From positions 64,001 through 128,000 of IMG/VR virus record IMGVR_UViG_3300005098_000017: a DNA stretch of 64,000 nt; one strand, written 5' to 3'. How positions within the stretch are numbered: position 1 is the stretch's first letter; every line of letters begins with the position of its first letter. A model generated the notes under the pieces. It did no database searches. It was not told where the DNA came from and saw only the letters and a program-made list of their open reading frames with translations. This document shows, in pieces, positions 9,016-18,985 of the stretch. The position numbers were made by a program, and so were the translations under genes. This stretch comes from a virus.

Positions 9016-11391
9016 TCAATCACACTTCCCACCATACCCACATTTTGGACATGGGTTATTACAATCAAATGCATATTCAACACCTCTGGTTATAATTTTA
9101 TAACCACACATGGGGCATACATTTATTATAGCATCATCTGGTACCTCACCATCCGGTAGAGCACCATTATACATATTTGATGCTTCTTGCACAGCCCTCT
9201 TGCGTTGCTCATATTCCTCCTCAGGCGTAATACCACGCAAGAAGTACTTTAGTGCTAATCCCCAGAATCCCACAGGAGATGCAATCTTGTGTCCTTTATA
9301 CCATGTCATACCATCAGCAGATTTTATGCTTGCAAACTCATTAATAATATGGTCAACAACACGGTGATATAACTCTTCATCTCCAAGGGCATAAATCTGC
9401 TTGAGGAATATCGATGTGATCACATCTAGAGCAATAATAAAATCCGAATGTGGTATATCCTTACTGCCCAAAAAGATTTCTAGTGGTTTACCCTCAACAC
9501 CCGCTACGATAAGATAATAGTTTCGGTCCCTATAAGGAAACTTATAAGCCTTCGCATCAAGTGTATCAGGCCTCTTCCAATCAGATAAAAAGAGGAACTT
9601 GCTCTTCTTCTTGCCACTTCTTATTACAGCCTGCCGGCTTCCTTCTCTGAACACAGTTATACCTTTTACCCCATTTTTCCAAGCATCAATAAAGAAGCGC
9701 GACAGATCATCCGTTGTCCATTGAGCTGGTATCGTATATGTATTGCTAATAGCATTATCGATATGTTTCTGTATCGCTGCATGGATGGCTAATTTATCAT
9801 AAGGATCAACATCATGTGCTGTAACCATGTATGGTGCATTTACATCATAACCATCGGTATTTTCTACCCATTCATATATAGGTTGCTTAAATTTCATCAT
9901 CTTATTGAAGCTCTCGCTCCACCGTTCGATCTCGAAATAAAAAATTGGCTCAAATGCTGCATTAACCCCTGTTAATAATGATATTGACCCCGTCGGCGGC
10001 ACAGTTAACAACGCAACATTCCTTATACCGTGTTCAGCTACCTGCATCATAAAGTCCTTATTAAAATGCTTTTTGATAAATAGCGCCTGCTCAACATAAT
10101 CCTCGTATGAACCATCCCTTTTAAATTGTTCAACAGCAGGCGCGGGGCCTAACTGCTGGGCGAGCTTAACAGATTCATCATATGCTATGTTACATATAAA
10201 TTCAGCTATGCGCTCGGCTTCCCTGACAGACTTAAGGGTACCATACTTAATGCGTTTAATAATAAAATAATCAGCCAGTCCCATAAACCCTATACCAACC
10301 CGCCTCTCAAACTGAGCCTGCTCCTTTACCTTATCTATAGGATAATATGCCCTGTCAATAATAGCATCACCTAATCTAACGGCAAATCGCACCGTTTGTT
10401 CTAACTTCTTCCAATCCATACGGCGAGTAGACAGATCCACATGAGCAACAAGATTGACGCTTAAGAGGTTACAAACGGAATAAGCCGGCAGCATCTGTTC
10501 CCCACACGGATTGCTTGTGGCAATCTTTGCATAACCTGATGAATTTGATGTGCGTTCGACATTGTCTATAAAAATAAGCCCCGGCTCCGCTGACTCCCAT
10601 GCGGTCCTTACAATCGTATCCCATAACTTCTTCGCCCTTATACTACGCTGGACCTTCACAACATCATTTTTGAATGATAGAGTGAAGTCATCATCAGAAA
10701 TCATAGCATCCATAAATTCATCAGTGACCTTAACAGATATGTTAGCATAGCGTACCTGAAGCCGGCTTAATATATACCTCACAAAATCGGCCTCCTCATC
10801 ATCAACATTCAGAAGAGTAAAATAACTCTCCATCGCATTGTTTAAATCACACTTCATTTTTACGAATCGCTCGATATCAGGATGTGTTATGTCAAGACTT
10901 ATCAACAGAGCTCCACGACGCCCGCTCTGACCAACCAACCCTGTAACAGCAGAATATAACTCAGCCCAGCTCCATGCACCCGTAGAAACCTTCGCAGATC
11001 CTGTGTGAACCTTTGCACCCTCAGGACGTAGCGTTGATATATCTATACCACATCCACCACCTGACTTATAAACGATTGCCAATTCCTTCGCCGTATCAAA
11101 AATGCCCTCCATGCTATCCTCTGGTGATGCTATGACATAACAGTTAAATGGCGTTATACGTTGTTCAACACTCCTTCCAGCCGCATACAAAACACGACCG
11201 CCAGGAACAAGCCGCCAGCTTAAATTACAATCATCATCAAAAAAGATGTTATCTGTCTCTATAGGATATGGTTTAAGGAAGTAATCATACACACGCTGAA
11301 AGATTGACTCAATCGGTTCATCAGGTTCTGCCTGATATTTTTTGGCTATCGTATCTCTTATGGTCTTATACTCATCAGATATTGGAATCAT
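9016..11391 (-). CDS. nrdJ: Class II (adenosylcobalamin-dependent) ribonucleotide reductase
   Basis: PGGRVL, FNCYV, GGGCG, SNPCGEQ, PPTGSISLL, KGITVFR, C-terminal CxxC...CxxCG...C; no beta-subunit gene adjacent. Confidence 0.9.
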   Translation of the reverse strand: MIPISDEYKTIRDTIAKKYQAEPDEPIESIFQRVYDYFLKPYPIETDNIFFDDDCNLSWRLVPGGRVLYAAGRSVEQRITPFNCYVIASPEDSMEGIFDTAKELAIVYKSGGGCGIDISTLRPEGAKVHTGSAKVSTGAWSWAELYSAVTGLVGQSGRRGALLISLDITHPDIERFVKMKCDLNNAMESYFTLLNVDDEEADFVRYILSRLQVRYANISVKVTDEFMDAMISDDDFTLSFKNDVVKVQRSIRAKKLWDTIVRTAWESAEPGLIFIDNVERTSNSSGYAKIATSNPCGEQMLPAYSVCNLLSVNLVAHVDLSTRRMDWKKLEQTVRFAVRLGDAIIDRAYYPIDKVKEQAQFERRVGIGFMGLADYFIIKRIKYGTLKSVREAERIAEFICNIAYDESVKLAQQLGPAPAVEQFKRDGSYEDYVEQALFIKKHFNKDFMMQVAEHGIRNVALLTVPPTGSISLLTGVNAAFEPIFYFEIERWSESFNKMMKFKQPIYEWVENTDGYDVNAPYMVTAHDVDPYDKLAIHAAIQKHIDNAISNTYTIPAQWTTDDLSRFFIDAWKNGVKGITVFREGSRQAVIRSGKKKSKFLFLSDWKRPDTLDAKAYKFPYRDRNYYLIVAGVEGKPLEIFLGSKDIPHSDFIIALDVITSIFLKQIYALGDEELYHRVVDHIINEFASIKSADGMTWYKGHKIASPVGFWGLALKYFLRGITPEEEYEQRKRAVQEASNMYNGALPDGEVPDDAIINVCPMCGYKIITRGVEYAFDCNNPCPKCGYGGKCD

Positions 11392-12095
11392 ATGCCACTC
11401 CTTTCGCTACATGCCTCCCTGCTTCTTAATAATAATGACACACGCTTTATAAATGCATAAAATAACCCGAGATATACAAGATAGTCTCTCACAGCATCCT
11501 CGTACGAATCGTTCTCAACTAATAGTTCACCCTTTTTATTAAATGTTATCATCCTGCTGACCTTATCAGCCATGCGCCATATGAAGCCGAGGCCTATATC
11601 ATAAAAATCCTCCCATTCATTGTATTCCCGGGGAAGCCGCGGCTTCATAACAGCAACAAACATAAAATTAGCCAACGCATCACCACCCAACCCCGTTGCA
11701 TAATCATGGTTCTTTTTGGTATGTAACTCCTTTATTGATTTGATAATATCATCCAATGGCTGGCGCTTCATAGATGTATAGTAGTTAAGCAATTTAGCGC
11801 CTTCTATAATGATAATTGACAACATTAAATCCAACCCCTGGCGGCGGACCTCATCACAGTTGCACTTAGGATGCGCAATGATCTTTACTAAATTACGCAG
11901 CTGCGCTAGTGATCTTACTCTATCCGATATATCCAACCTATCAAGGCGTATACCTCTCTTCGATATGAGATCTAAATATTCCAAAAACAGACGGTCACCT
12001 CTAAACCCATCCTTCTCAATAATAAAATCATCGCGATAAAAATAACACAAGGTGGGGTCAATAACAACATCGGATGGACTTGAACCCATATCCAC
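11388..12095 (-). CDS. Protein with a C-terminal DUF1599/Nmad1-like (nucleotide-modification-associated) helical domain
   Basis: KKNHDYA...ANF...RMADKVSR...DSYEDAVRDYLVY pattern. Confidence 0.7.
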   Translation of the reverse strand: MDMGSSPSDVVIDPTLCYFYRDDFIIEKDGFRGDRLFLEYLDLISKRGIRLDRLDISDRVRSLAQLRNLVKIIAHPKCNCDEVRRQGLDLMLSIIIIEGAKLLNYYTSMKRQPLDDIIKSIKELHTKKNHDYATGLGGDALANFMFVAVMKPRLPREYNEWEDFYDIGLGFIWRMADKVSRMITFNKKGELLVENDSYEDAVRDYLVYLGLFYAFIKRVSLLLRSREACSERSGI

Positions 12096-12133
12096 CTCCT
12101 TTTGTCATACATTATAATTATTTACTATATGTT

Positions 12134-12556
12134 TTAATATAAGTGATGGCGTATGGCATTGCGGAAGATTTTGGCAGGTAATCCCATCAAGGACCTCATA
12201 ACCCTGTTGAGCAAACCGCGTCTTGTTATCCTTCCTATCTGCCACTTCTTGCTCCTCATCAGATTCATCACAAATGTATCGATGCGCTTCGATGCTGTCA
12301 AGTGATTTTTTAATATAGGTATTGGTTGATCTATCTTCTTTACCATCTCAGGCGCCTTGGATAGAGCCGCAAGACGTGTCCCAACCTGCGATATCTCCCA
12401 CTTTAATCCTGCATATCGTGCTGGCATGCGTAACAAGGATGGTTTGATGCGTAATGGTAGGTCTACATAACGAGGGGACCATAGCCTTTTGGTATAACGA
12501 TTCGTATCCTTTATATTACGACCTAACTCTAATAACCTGTGATTTAACTTAAACAT
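12134..12556 (-). CDS. Very basic (R/K-rich) hypothetical protein
   Basis: 140-aa ORF with few acidic residues. Confidence 0.65.
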   Translation of the reverse strand: MFKLNHRLLELGRNIKDTNRYTKRLWSPRYVDLPLRIKPSLLRMPARYAGLKWEISQVGTRLAALSKAPEMVKKIDQPIPILKNHLTASKRIDTFVMNLMRSKKWQIGRITRRGLLNRVMRSLMGLPAKIFRNAIRHHLY

Positions 12557-12559
12557 CTC

Positions 12560-14251
12560 TCACTGTGTGTCGGCCCCGAACCATCTCCGCTGTCGGACAC
12601 CCTCGGGGTTCCCACCTCCACACGGAGGTGAGTTTATCCGCACGGGGCCTGAAACTTTTTTTGTTCCCCTCACTGTCCCACCATGAAGCCCCGCCAAGGG
12701 CTCATTGTCTATGTTAATTATACCACCTATCGATTTTACATATCCATGCTTTTGCAACAGATACAGGAGAGATGTGTGTATATAGACCAAACGACTTGTG
12801 TTCCTACATTCAAGTCTACCGAACTCCTTATAGGTTCCGATAGGTAATCCTATCTTCTCAGCTATGTCATATAGACACCTTACAGCATCGATGAGTAACT
12901 TGTACTTAAACGTATAACGATTGCGGTCCTTAAGGACTCTTATCTTACCGTCAGGTATGTCGATATCCGTCAGTTCCAATGGTTGATTACGCATGTACCG
13001 TACGTATAGATCAATTATATGATTAATGTCATTTTTTATAAGTATGTTATCTAATAGATATTGATGTGATGATAGGATCTTGTGTAAACATCTTGCTATT
13101 ATGTGTAGCAATGGCTGCCTTCGTAGGAATTTCATATTGGTAAGTCGTCTGGGTGTTATGCGTCGTATCTGTAGGTTATGTATGGCCTGTGCTATGGGTT
13201 TGTAGTGATGAGCAAGCTGGTGTATGTGTCGTTGGCGTATGTACTTTAATGACTGTAGTTTCTTATCGAATGTGGTGTTTAGTGACCATGTTGATGCATA
13301 TGAGTAGTCAGGTGATGTTGATGGTCGTATGTTATAGACTGATATGTATGCGTCGTTAGATGGTGATGCATCCTTATACTTACTATGTATAATGTGCTTT
13401 TTGTAATATTTACGTATCTTAATGGCATGATTAGTCTGTTCCGTGGTTCGTTTATAGGATCTGATGTGACGGACGGTTAGAGGTAGTGCATACCACTCGG
13501 ACTGAGGCAGGCTGTAGACTTTAATGTCCTTATGAGGAATGTATCTATATGCAGATGGCTGGTATGCGATCTGTGTGTTGATGGGATCGTTGCGGTAGTA
13601 GGTACCTTTATTAGTATGTTTTTTTCTTATGAAATGATATGTTGGTATAAGGCGGAGAAGTTTATGTTTTTTAAGATATGTTATGTGCCGCCTTATAGTT
13701 GGTATGGATAGCTGAAGAAGTGAGGATATGAAATCTTGTGACTTGGGCATGTGTTTGGGATCGGCGGCAAGGAATGATAGGAGTGTTATTATCTGTGTTT
13801 GGGTATGTGCTGGTAGATTATTTAAGTAACTATATAATTGATCTGGTATGTAGACGAGCTTGAGAGGCCAGCCCTCTGGTGCGAGAAGCCGCGGGTTTAT
13901 GTCCTTTAGATCCTTGAGAGAGAATGAAAATGATGCATATGATGTATTAGTATCTTTATCATATTTTATCTTGAAGCCGATGGTTCTTGTTATGTTATAA
14001 ACCTGTGTGTAGTGTTTTTTAAAGGCCGGCAGGTTCTGTCTGACATATGATTTGAAATCATCATAGGGGATAAGCCCGCCGTTGTGCCATATGTAAAGGA
14101 GTGCGTTGAGTGTTTCGTAGAGAAGCCGCGGCTTCAAAGGACTGCGAGGTGCATAATAATTTGATAGAGCATCACCTACATACCTGAGAACGCCGCCTAA
14201 TGTGCTCACTATAATACAGTCATGTATGTCATCAGTGTAATACTTCATCAA
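12560..14251 (-). CDS. Putative replication-initiator-like protein with a winged HTH
   Basis: KSQDFISSLLQLSIPTIRRHITYLKKHKLL HTH pattern; own promoter; spans the strand-skew switch. Confidence 0.5.
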   Translation of the reverse strand: MMKYYTDDIHDCIIVSTLGGVLRYVGDALSNYYAPRSPLKPRLLYETLNALLYIWHNGGLIPYDDFKSYVRQNLPAFKKHYTQVYNITRTIGFKIKYDKDTNTSYASFSFSLKDLKDINPRLLAPEGWPLKLVYIPDQLYSYLNNLPAHTQTQIITLLSFLAADPKHMPKSQDFISSLLQLSIPTIRRHITYLKKHKLLRLIPTYHFIRKKHTNKGTYYRNDPINTQIAYQPSAYRYIPHKDIKVYSLPQSEWYALPLTVRHIRSYKRTTEQTNHAIKIRKYYKKHIIHSKYKDASPSNDAYISVYNIRPSTSPDYSYASTWSLNTTFDKKLQSLKYIRQRHIHQLAHHYKPIAQAIHNLQIRRITPRRLTNMKFLRRQPLLHIIARCLHKILSSHQYLLDNILIKNDINHIIDLYVRYMRNQPLELTDIDIPDGKIRVLKDRNRYTFKYKLLIDAVRCLYDIAEKIGLPIGTYKEFGRLECRNTSRLVYIHTSLLYLLQKHGYVKSIGGIINIDNEPLAGLHGGTVRGTKKVSGPVRINSPPCGGGNPEGVRQRRWFGADTQ

Positions 14252-14272
14252 CCTCTATCTTGTTTTTGTATG

Positions 14273-14300
14273 ATTATAATCATAATGTACATGGAGTCAA
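14273..14300 (-). promoter_or_regulatory. Leftward sigma70-like promoter
   Basis: Minus strand TTGACT (14300-14295)-16 bp-TATAAT (14278-14273). Confidence 0.65.
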
Positions 14301-14311
14301 GAAAAAAATTG

Positions 14312-14341
14312 TTGACAAGATTTATCTGATGAATATATAGT
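14312..14341 (+). promoter_or_regulatory. Rightward sigma70-like promoter (divergent pair with the previous one)
   Basis: TTGACA 14312-14317, TATAGT 14336-14341, AGGAGG RBS downstream. Confidence 0.65.
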
Positions 14342-14369
14342 AGTTGAAACCTATATCAGGAGGTTATCC

Positions 14370-14642
14370 TTGATCAAAATGATTGGTGATCATGTTCTTT
14401 TGAAGCCGCGCAAAAAGGAGCAGGTGGGTGGGATATATCTCCCCGAGGCAAAGGTTGAATTTTTTGAGGTTGTTGATGTCGGTGATGGTATACCGCTCCC
14501 TAATGGTACATATGCACCAGTTGATGTCCATGTTGGTGATATCGTTTTGGTACCAGAACATGTAGGTGTTGAATATGAAGATGGTGATACTACATACGTT
14601 ATTGCCCGCCTATCCGATATTGATGCCGTTGTAGAGGAATAA
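14370..14642 (+). CDS. groES: Co-chaperonin GroES/Cpn10-like protein 1
   Basis: GDHVLL, GGIYLPE mobile loop, VVDVGDG, VHVGDIVL, SDIDAVVE. Confidence 0.92.
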   Translation: MIKMIGDHVLLKPRKKEQVGGIYLPEAKVEFFEVVDVGDGIPLPNGTYAPVDVHVGDIVLVPEHVGVEYEDGDTTYVIARLSDIDAVVEE

Positions 14643-14657
14643 GAGGAGGATGGAGAC

Positions 14658-15119
14658 TTGCGCGTCAAGCGATCTGACAAGGTCCTTCTATTTTCATCAG
14701 ACAGGCAGTTGAAATTACACCTATCCGAACGGTATAAGGTTGTAACTCCGGAATCTAATCGATTACCATTATTTATTATATTGGATGCTGTTTCACGGTA
14801 TCAGCACCTCGATGTCTTTTCATTATTAACGTATATGTTTGGTTACTTATATTTTAAGTTAGGTGAGTATGCGCGTCATAAGCAGCATTGTTATTTGGTT
14901 GTGTTGATGAAGCCGCGCGTTTTGAAGGTTTCATTGCTTGAAAAGAGATTAGTCAACCCCTTAAGCCGGTTGTTTAAGACTAAGAGATTTATACGTCAGA
15001 CGTCAGTTCAATCTGTGCGGTCGTTATCGCAGCTTATATCCCACCTTGGTGATTATTATAATGATAAGGGTTCGTATAAGGTTGCTATTTATCGGATAGG
15101 AGGATTTCATGAACGTTGA
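14658..15119 (+). CDS. Hypothetical protein
   Basis: 153-aa ORF in operon. Confidence 0.65.
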   Translation: MRVKRSDKVLLFSSDRQLKLHLSERYKVVTPESNRLPLFIILDAVSRYQHLDVFSLLTYMFGYLYFKLGEYARHKQHCYLVVLMKPRVLKVSLLEKRLVNPLSRLFKTKRFIRQTSVQSVRSLSQLISHLGDYYNDKGSYKVAIYRIGGFHER

Positions 15120-15717
15120 TATTACAGCAAAGAGGGTTGTTGATGATTATTTGGACAAGGCTGGTATCGTTAGTTCAATAGAGACACCAGATGATTTAGC
15201 TCTTTATATATTAAGGTATGGTCATCGTTATCCGTCTTTATTGGTTGATGCAGTACAGAGGGTATGGAATGAGAAGATTGATCATTATGATGATGTCATA
15301 TATGTAACGGCAGATAAGTTTGCGCAGTCGTATTTGAAGGAGCTTGAGGGGATTGTATATGATTATAGGAAGCCCGCCGGGCTTATTGACACATATCTCC
15401 ATTTATTAGATGTAGCGCCGGCTTCAACACTAATGTTCGGTTACTACTTTTACATACATTCATCGGAGCTTATATTAGTTGCGCCTCTTGATTATTATAA
15501 CATGATAAAAGGTGCTTATGAATCATATTTCTGGGATTTTGAACCTAATTTAACGATTTTTGACCTTATAACATATGCATTTTTCGCCAAGTCCTTGAAC
15601 ATGGGTGTTGCAATTTTAGAAGGCAGTGATATATCACTTAGTATTGTAAAGAAGTTTATGTATCGCGTTAAATCCTTATATACGACAGAGGAGGTGATGG
15701 ATGATTCAAAGGAGTGA
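15109..15717 (+). CDS. Hypothetical protein
   Basis: 202-aa ORF, AGGAGG RBS. Confidence 0.7.
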   Translation: MNVDITAKRVVDDYLDKAGIVSSIETPDDLALYILRYGHRYPSLLVDAVQRVWNEKIDHYDDVIYVTADKFAQSYLKELEGIVYDYRKPAGLIDTYLHLLDVAPASTLMFGYYFYIHSSELILVAPLDYYNMIKGAYESYFWDFEPNLTIFDLITYAFFAKSLNMGVAILEGSDISLSIVKKFMYRVKSLYTTEEVMDDSKE

Positions 15718-16981
15718 ACCTGTTGTTATACCGTTACCTGTTAATATTTACACACAGTGGGATGAAATCAAAAGGTTCATTATTGAACACAAACACGATA
15801 TGGTTAGTATAAATAAGTTGCTTCACGATGTTTTTGGTTTGCCAAAGTCGACTGTCTATGCATTGTTAAAGACATTGGATCTGTTTATTGGTAGCTGGAA
15901 GGAATTAGACCGTATTGATGTTGAACCAGTATTGGGGCAGAAATTGTCCGAGCAGGATGTAATGGATTTATGGCCGGAGATTGAGAGTTATAAGAAGTTA
16001 GGGCGCGAGGGCTTCATAAAAACGCTAATGGACAAGTATAGATTGACATATTGGGCGGCGAGTAAATTATATTATCATGAAGGCGGGCATTCTAAGTATG
16101 ATAAGCGGAAGCACGAGGAGCCTATAGGGAAGGGATTCAAATCTGATGAAATATTAGACTGGCGGGCTTACTTGGAGGAAATGGAACATTTTCGTCATCG
16201 TATAAATTATAGTGAAGGTGATGTGAATTATGATTCCGTTTATGAGTGGCATGTACCGTCATCAAAGGTTGGTGTCATTTTTACATCCGACTGGCATCTT
16301 GGTTCCCGGTTTACTGATTATAAACGTCTTAGAGAACACATAGAGCTTCTTATGGATAATTTTCATGTATTTCTGGTTGGTGACATGGTCGATATGTTTT
16401 TATCATTTAAGAGTAAAGCTGTTGAGTTTCAGCAGATCGTGCCGCCAACGACGCAGTTGAAGCTATTGTATAGTATATTATTGGAGTTACAGCAGAAGGG
16501 GCGGCTTCATGTGATTTTATTGTCAAGCCAGCGCGTTCATGACTCAGCTGTTAGTGCTACGGCCGGCTTCGATCCTTACCAGTTTTTTGATGGTTTAAAT
16601 ACAGTCTATTTCAGGAATAAGGGTACTGTTTATGTACGCATGCCACAGAGAACATGGGAGGTATTAATTTTACATAAATATGGTCGTAATTCTTATAGGA
16701 ATCCGTTTAGCAGACATGTTTATGCTATTGATAATGTTTCAGCGACAGCGGATGTGATTGTTATGGCTCATCTACACCGCAGAGATTATGCCAGCTTCTA
16801 CTTTGGTGGAAAGCAACGAGTTTGTATAAACCTGCCGGGCTTCAAATATAACGATCCTTATACACAATCATATTTTGATCAACATGAAGCGCCGTTCCCT
16901 GTTGTTGTATTTGATGATGATGACAATACGGTTGATGTATATCCATCACCGGAGGTAGCGCGTTATGTTATTAGCAATTGA
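15701..16981 (+). CDS. Calcineurin-like metallophosphoesterase with a helical N-terminal extension
   Basis: SDWHLG, VGDMVD, VHD, ILH and MAHLH motifs. Confidence 0.85.
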   Translation: MIQRSEPVVIPLPVNIYTQWDEIKRFIIEHKHDMVSINKLLHDVFGLPKSTVYALLKTLDLFIGSWKELDRIDVEPVLGQKLSEQDVMDLWPEIESYKKLGREGFIKTLMDKYRLTYWAASKLYYHEGGHSKYDKRKHEEPIGKGFKSDEILDWRAYLEEMEHFRHRINYSEGDVNYDSVYEWHVPSSKVGVIFTSDWHLGSRFTDYKRLREHIELLMDNFHVFLVGDMVDMFLSFKSKAVEFQQIVPPTTQLKLLYSILLELQQKGRLHVILLSSQRVHDSAVSATAGFDPYQFFDGLNTVYFRNKGTVYVRMPQRTWEVLILHKYGRNSYRNPFSRHVYAIDNVSATADVIVMAHLHRRDYASFYFGGKQRVCINLPGFKYNDPYTQSYFDQHEAPFPVVVFDDDDNTVDVYPSPEVARYVISN

Positions 16982-17070
16982 TTACAATGTTGTTCATAAA
17001 ATTTACAGGTATATGATGCATATAACATTAAATTATAATGAAGATTTACCAATTGAGGATTTGATAGGAG

Positions 17071-17466
17071 GTGTATATGCGAACGAGGCGAGAGGGCAGG
17101 TATCTGTTGATACAGGGTATCGATCCTCCGATAACGAGGGATGATGTATCCGCTGCAACAGCGATCCCGTTACGTCGTTTGTGTGATATTATGCATGTTA
17201 CTGATGATGGTCGTTCTGCGAAGATTGATTTAAGGTCTGTTGGGTTAGCTGAGTTGCTTGCTATAACATCATATCTTACCTTGCCGTGGGTTCCTGTGGC
17301 GATTGATTGGTTCCGTGTTAATATGAAGGCGCGATCTACATATGCTGTTGGTGTTATATTAGGCCGCGCGGCTTCATATATCCGTAAACAATTAGGCATA
17401 AAATTAGAGGGGGCAGATGAGGAAGATTCAGTACAATCTGAAGAAACGGTTGAGGCCAATCAGTGA
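17071..17466 (+). CDS. Hypothetical protein
   Basis: 131-aa ORF, AGGAGG RBS. Confidence 0.65.
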   Translation: MYMRTRREGRYLLIQGIDPPITRDDVSAATAIPLRRLCDIMHVTDDGRSAKIDLRSVGLAELLAITSYLTLPWVPVAIDWFRVNMKARSTYAVGVILGRAASYIRKQLGIKLEGADEEDSVQSEETVEANQ

Positions 17467-17857
17467 GGTTACGGCTGTTGTTGTTGATCTGCTTATCAGG
17501 CCGCAGACAAATCTGTACATTCCGGAGTCTGTGTTCGTGTTGCAGTTTGGGCTTGTTCTAAATCCGGGGATTATCAAAAGATTGCCATTGGATTTACATG
17601 AGGGGGACATAATTTTGCGGGCTGCATGGAAGGCCGACCTCATACGAACATGTAGTGGTGAGTATGTTAAGTCTGCTGATTATGTTGATATAGATGTACC
17701 AGATGTACCGGGCTTCATCATCAAACCGGATGACTATCTCAAGCTAGTTTATCATAGAGATATTATAGCAATTTTCGATGATGTTGATGATTGGGTAAAA
17801 TTTGTTAAACATTTAAGCAAGATGGAGGGAAATTATGGGAATCAGTGTACCAAATAA
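17417..17857 (+). CDS. Divergent GroES-like protein 2 (with insertion)
   Basis: LRPI...NLYIPES...GLVLNPG...LDLHEGDIIL...LVYHRDIIAIF follows the Cpn10 pattern. Confidence 0.6.
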   Translation: MRKIQYNLKKRLRPISEVTAVVVDLLIRPQTNLYIPESVFVLQFGLVLNPGIIKRLPLDLHEGDIILRAAWKADLIRTCSGEYVKSADYVDIDVPDVPGFIIKPDDYLKLVYHRDIIAIFDDVDDWVKFVKHLSKMEGNYGNQCTK

Positions 17858-18188
17858 TGTTAGGGATGAGATGGAACGAGAGCGTCGTGAGAAGATTGTG
17901 AAGCACGCGCTCCTTGGTGAGTTGATGCCTATTATGGTCGATCTTACGCGTCTGGTTACTGAAATACGTCATATACGTAACAAGGATGGTGATGATGCAC
18001 CACATCCTCATGTGAAAGATGATGTGCTTAATAAAATTGATTCATTGGTTGAGCTATTCTTTACGACATATACTGACTTTATGAAGACTTATATCAATGA
18101 TATCGATGGTCTTGCGCGTAGTGCGCTTGAGCGTATGATGCAGGAGAGTATGACAATGGGGCCGGGGCCTCGCATACCACGAGAGTAA
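17835..18188 (+). CDS. Hypothetical helical protein
   Basis: 117-aa ORF. Confidence 0.65.
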   Translation: MGISVPNNVRDEMERERREKIVKHALLGELMPIMVDLTRLVTEIRHIRNKDGDDAPHPHVKDDVLNKIDSLVELFFTTYTDFMKTYINDIDGLARSALERMMQESMTMGPGPRIPRE

Positions 18189-18189
18189 T

Positions 18190-18534
18190 ATGAAACTATG
18201 TAATGGATACTACATAGGTGAGATCATCGATGATGGATCTGTTGCGCAGCGTACTGATATTATTGTGCCATTTGGGGAATTGTCGTATTTGTTAAGAGTG
18301 CGCATTAAGTGGAAGGCATCATCTGCTTTGGTATATTCAAGGAGACAGGACAAGTATATTGACCTACCAGTTTCAGTTAACGTTGGTGATGAGGTGTTGG
18401 TTCTGAGGTTTGATACGCAGCCTCTCGCTTTACGTGGTACCAATGAGCCGCGCTTCGTTATCGGTAGGTTGGTAGACATCTTGGGAGTATATGGGAATAA
18501 GAACAATATTGGCGAAAATAAAGAAGCGCGATGA
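18190..18534 (+). CDS. Divergent GroES-like protein 3
   Basis: DIIVP, PVSVNVGDEVLV, VIGRLVDILGV mirror Cpn10 and paralog 1 (VIARLSDIDAV). Confidence 0.65.
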   Translation: MKLCNGYYIGEIIDDGSVAQRTDIIVPFGELSYLLRVRIKWKASSALVYSRRQDKYIDLPVSVNVGDEVLVLRFDTQPLALRGTNEPRFVIGRLVDILGVYGNKNNIGENKEAR

Positions 18535-18985
18535 GGCTGCTAATTATGATTATAAATACGAGAAAAAATATGGAATCCTGAGGCGTAAAGGACGCAAGTG
18601 GGATTCGGAACAGGAACGTATATTATATAGTATATTAAGGCAGATATATACGGGTCGTAAGATCTTTAACCATGTTCGTTTTGAGGAAGCGCCGACCCTT
18701 GAGTATGATTTTTTTATACCTGATGAATCCCTTGTTATTGAATATAACGGTCAGGAGCATTACTGTGTCGTTGAAGGTATGACTGTATATGATTTCTATG
18801 GCCGTGTGTATCGTGATCGTTGTAAATTAAATAATGCTTGCAAGCGTGGTTATACATACATACCCATTCCATTCGATATAGGTCTTACTGTTGGTATAGT
18901 AAAGAAGTGGATTGATAGTGGGTGGGATAAGGAAAAGGTAATACAACATTATCTTGAGTACTACGAAAAAAACAAATTCGGATAA
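18491..18985 (+). CDS. PD-(D/E)xK endonuclease (Vsr/DUF559-like)
   Basis: SEQE...EYDFFIPDESLVIEYNGQEHY...DRCK. Confidence 0.8.
   Translation: MGIRTILAKIKKRDEAANYDYKYEKKYGILRRKGRKWDSEQERILYSILRQIYTGRKIFNHVRFEEAPTLEYDFFIPDESLVIEYNGQEHYCVVEGMTVYDFYGRVYRDRCKLNNACKRGYTYIPIPFDIGLTVGIVKKWIDSGWDKEKVIQHYLEYYEKNKFG

Noticed and set aside
12572-12649. tRNA
   Set aside because: A 7-bp closing stem is present, but arm lengths and D/T-loop consensus do not fit
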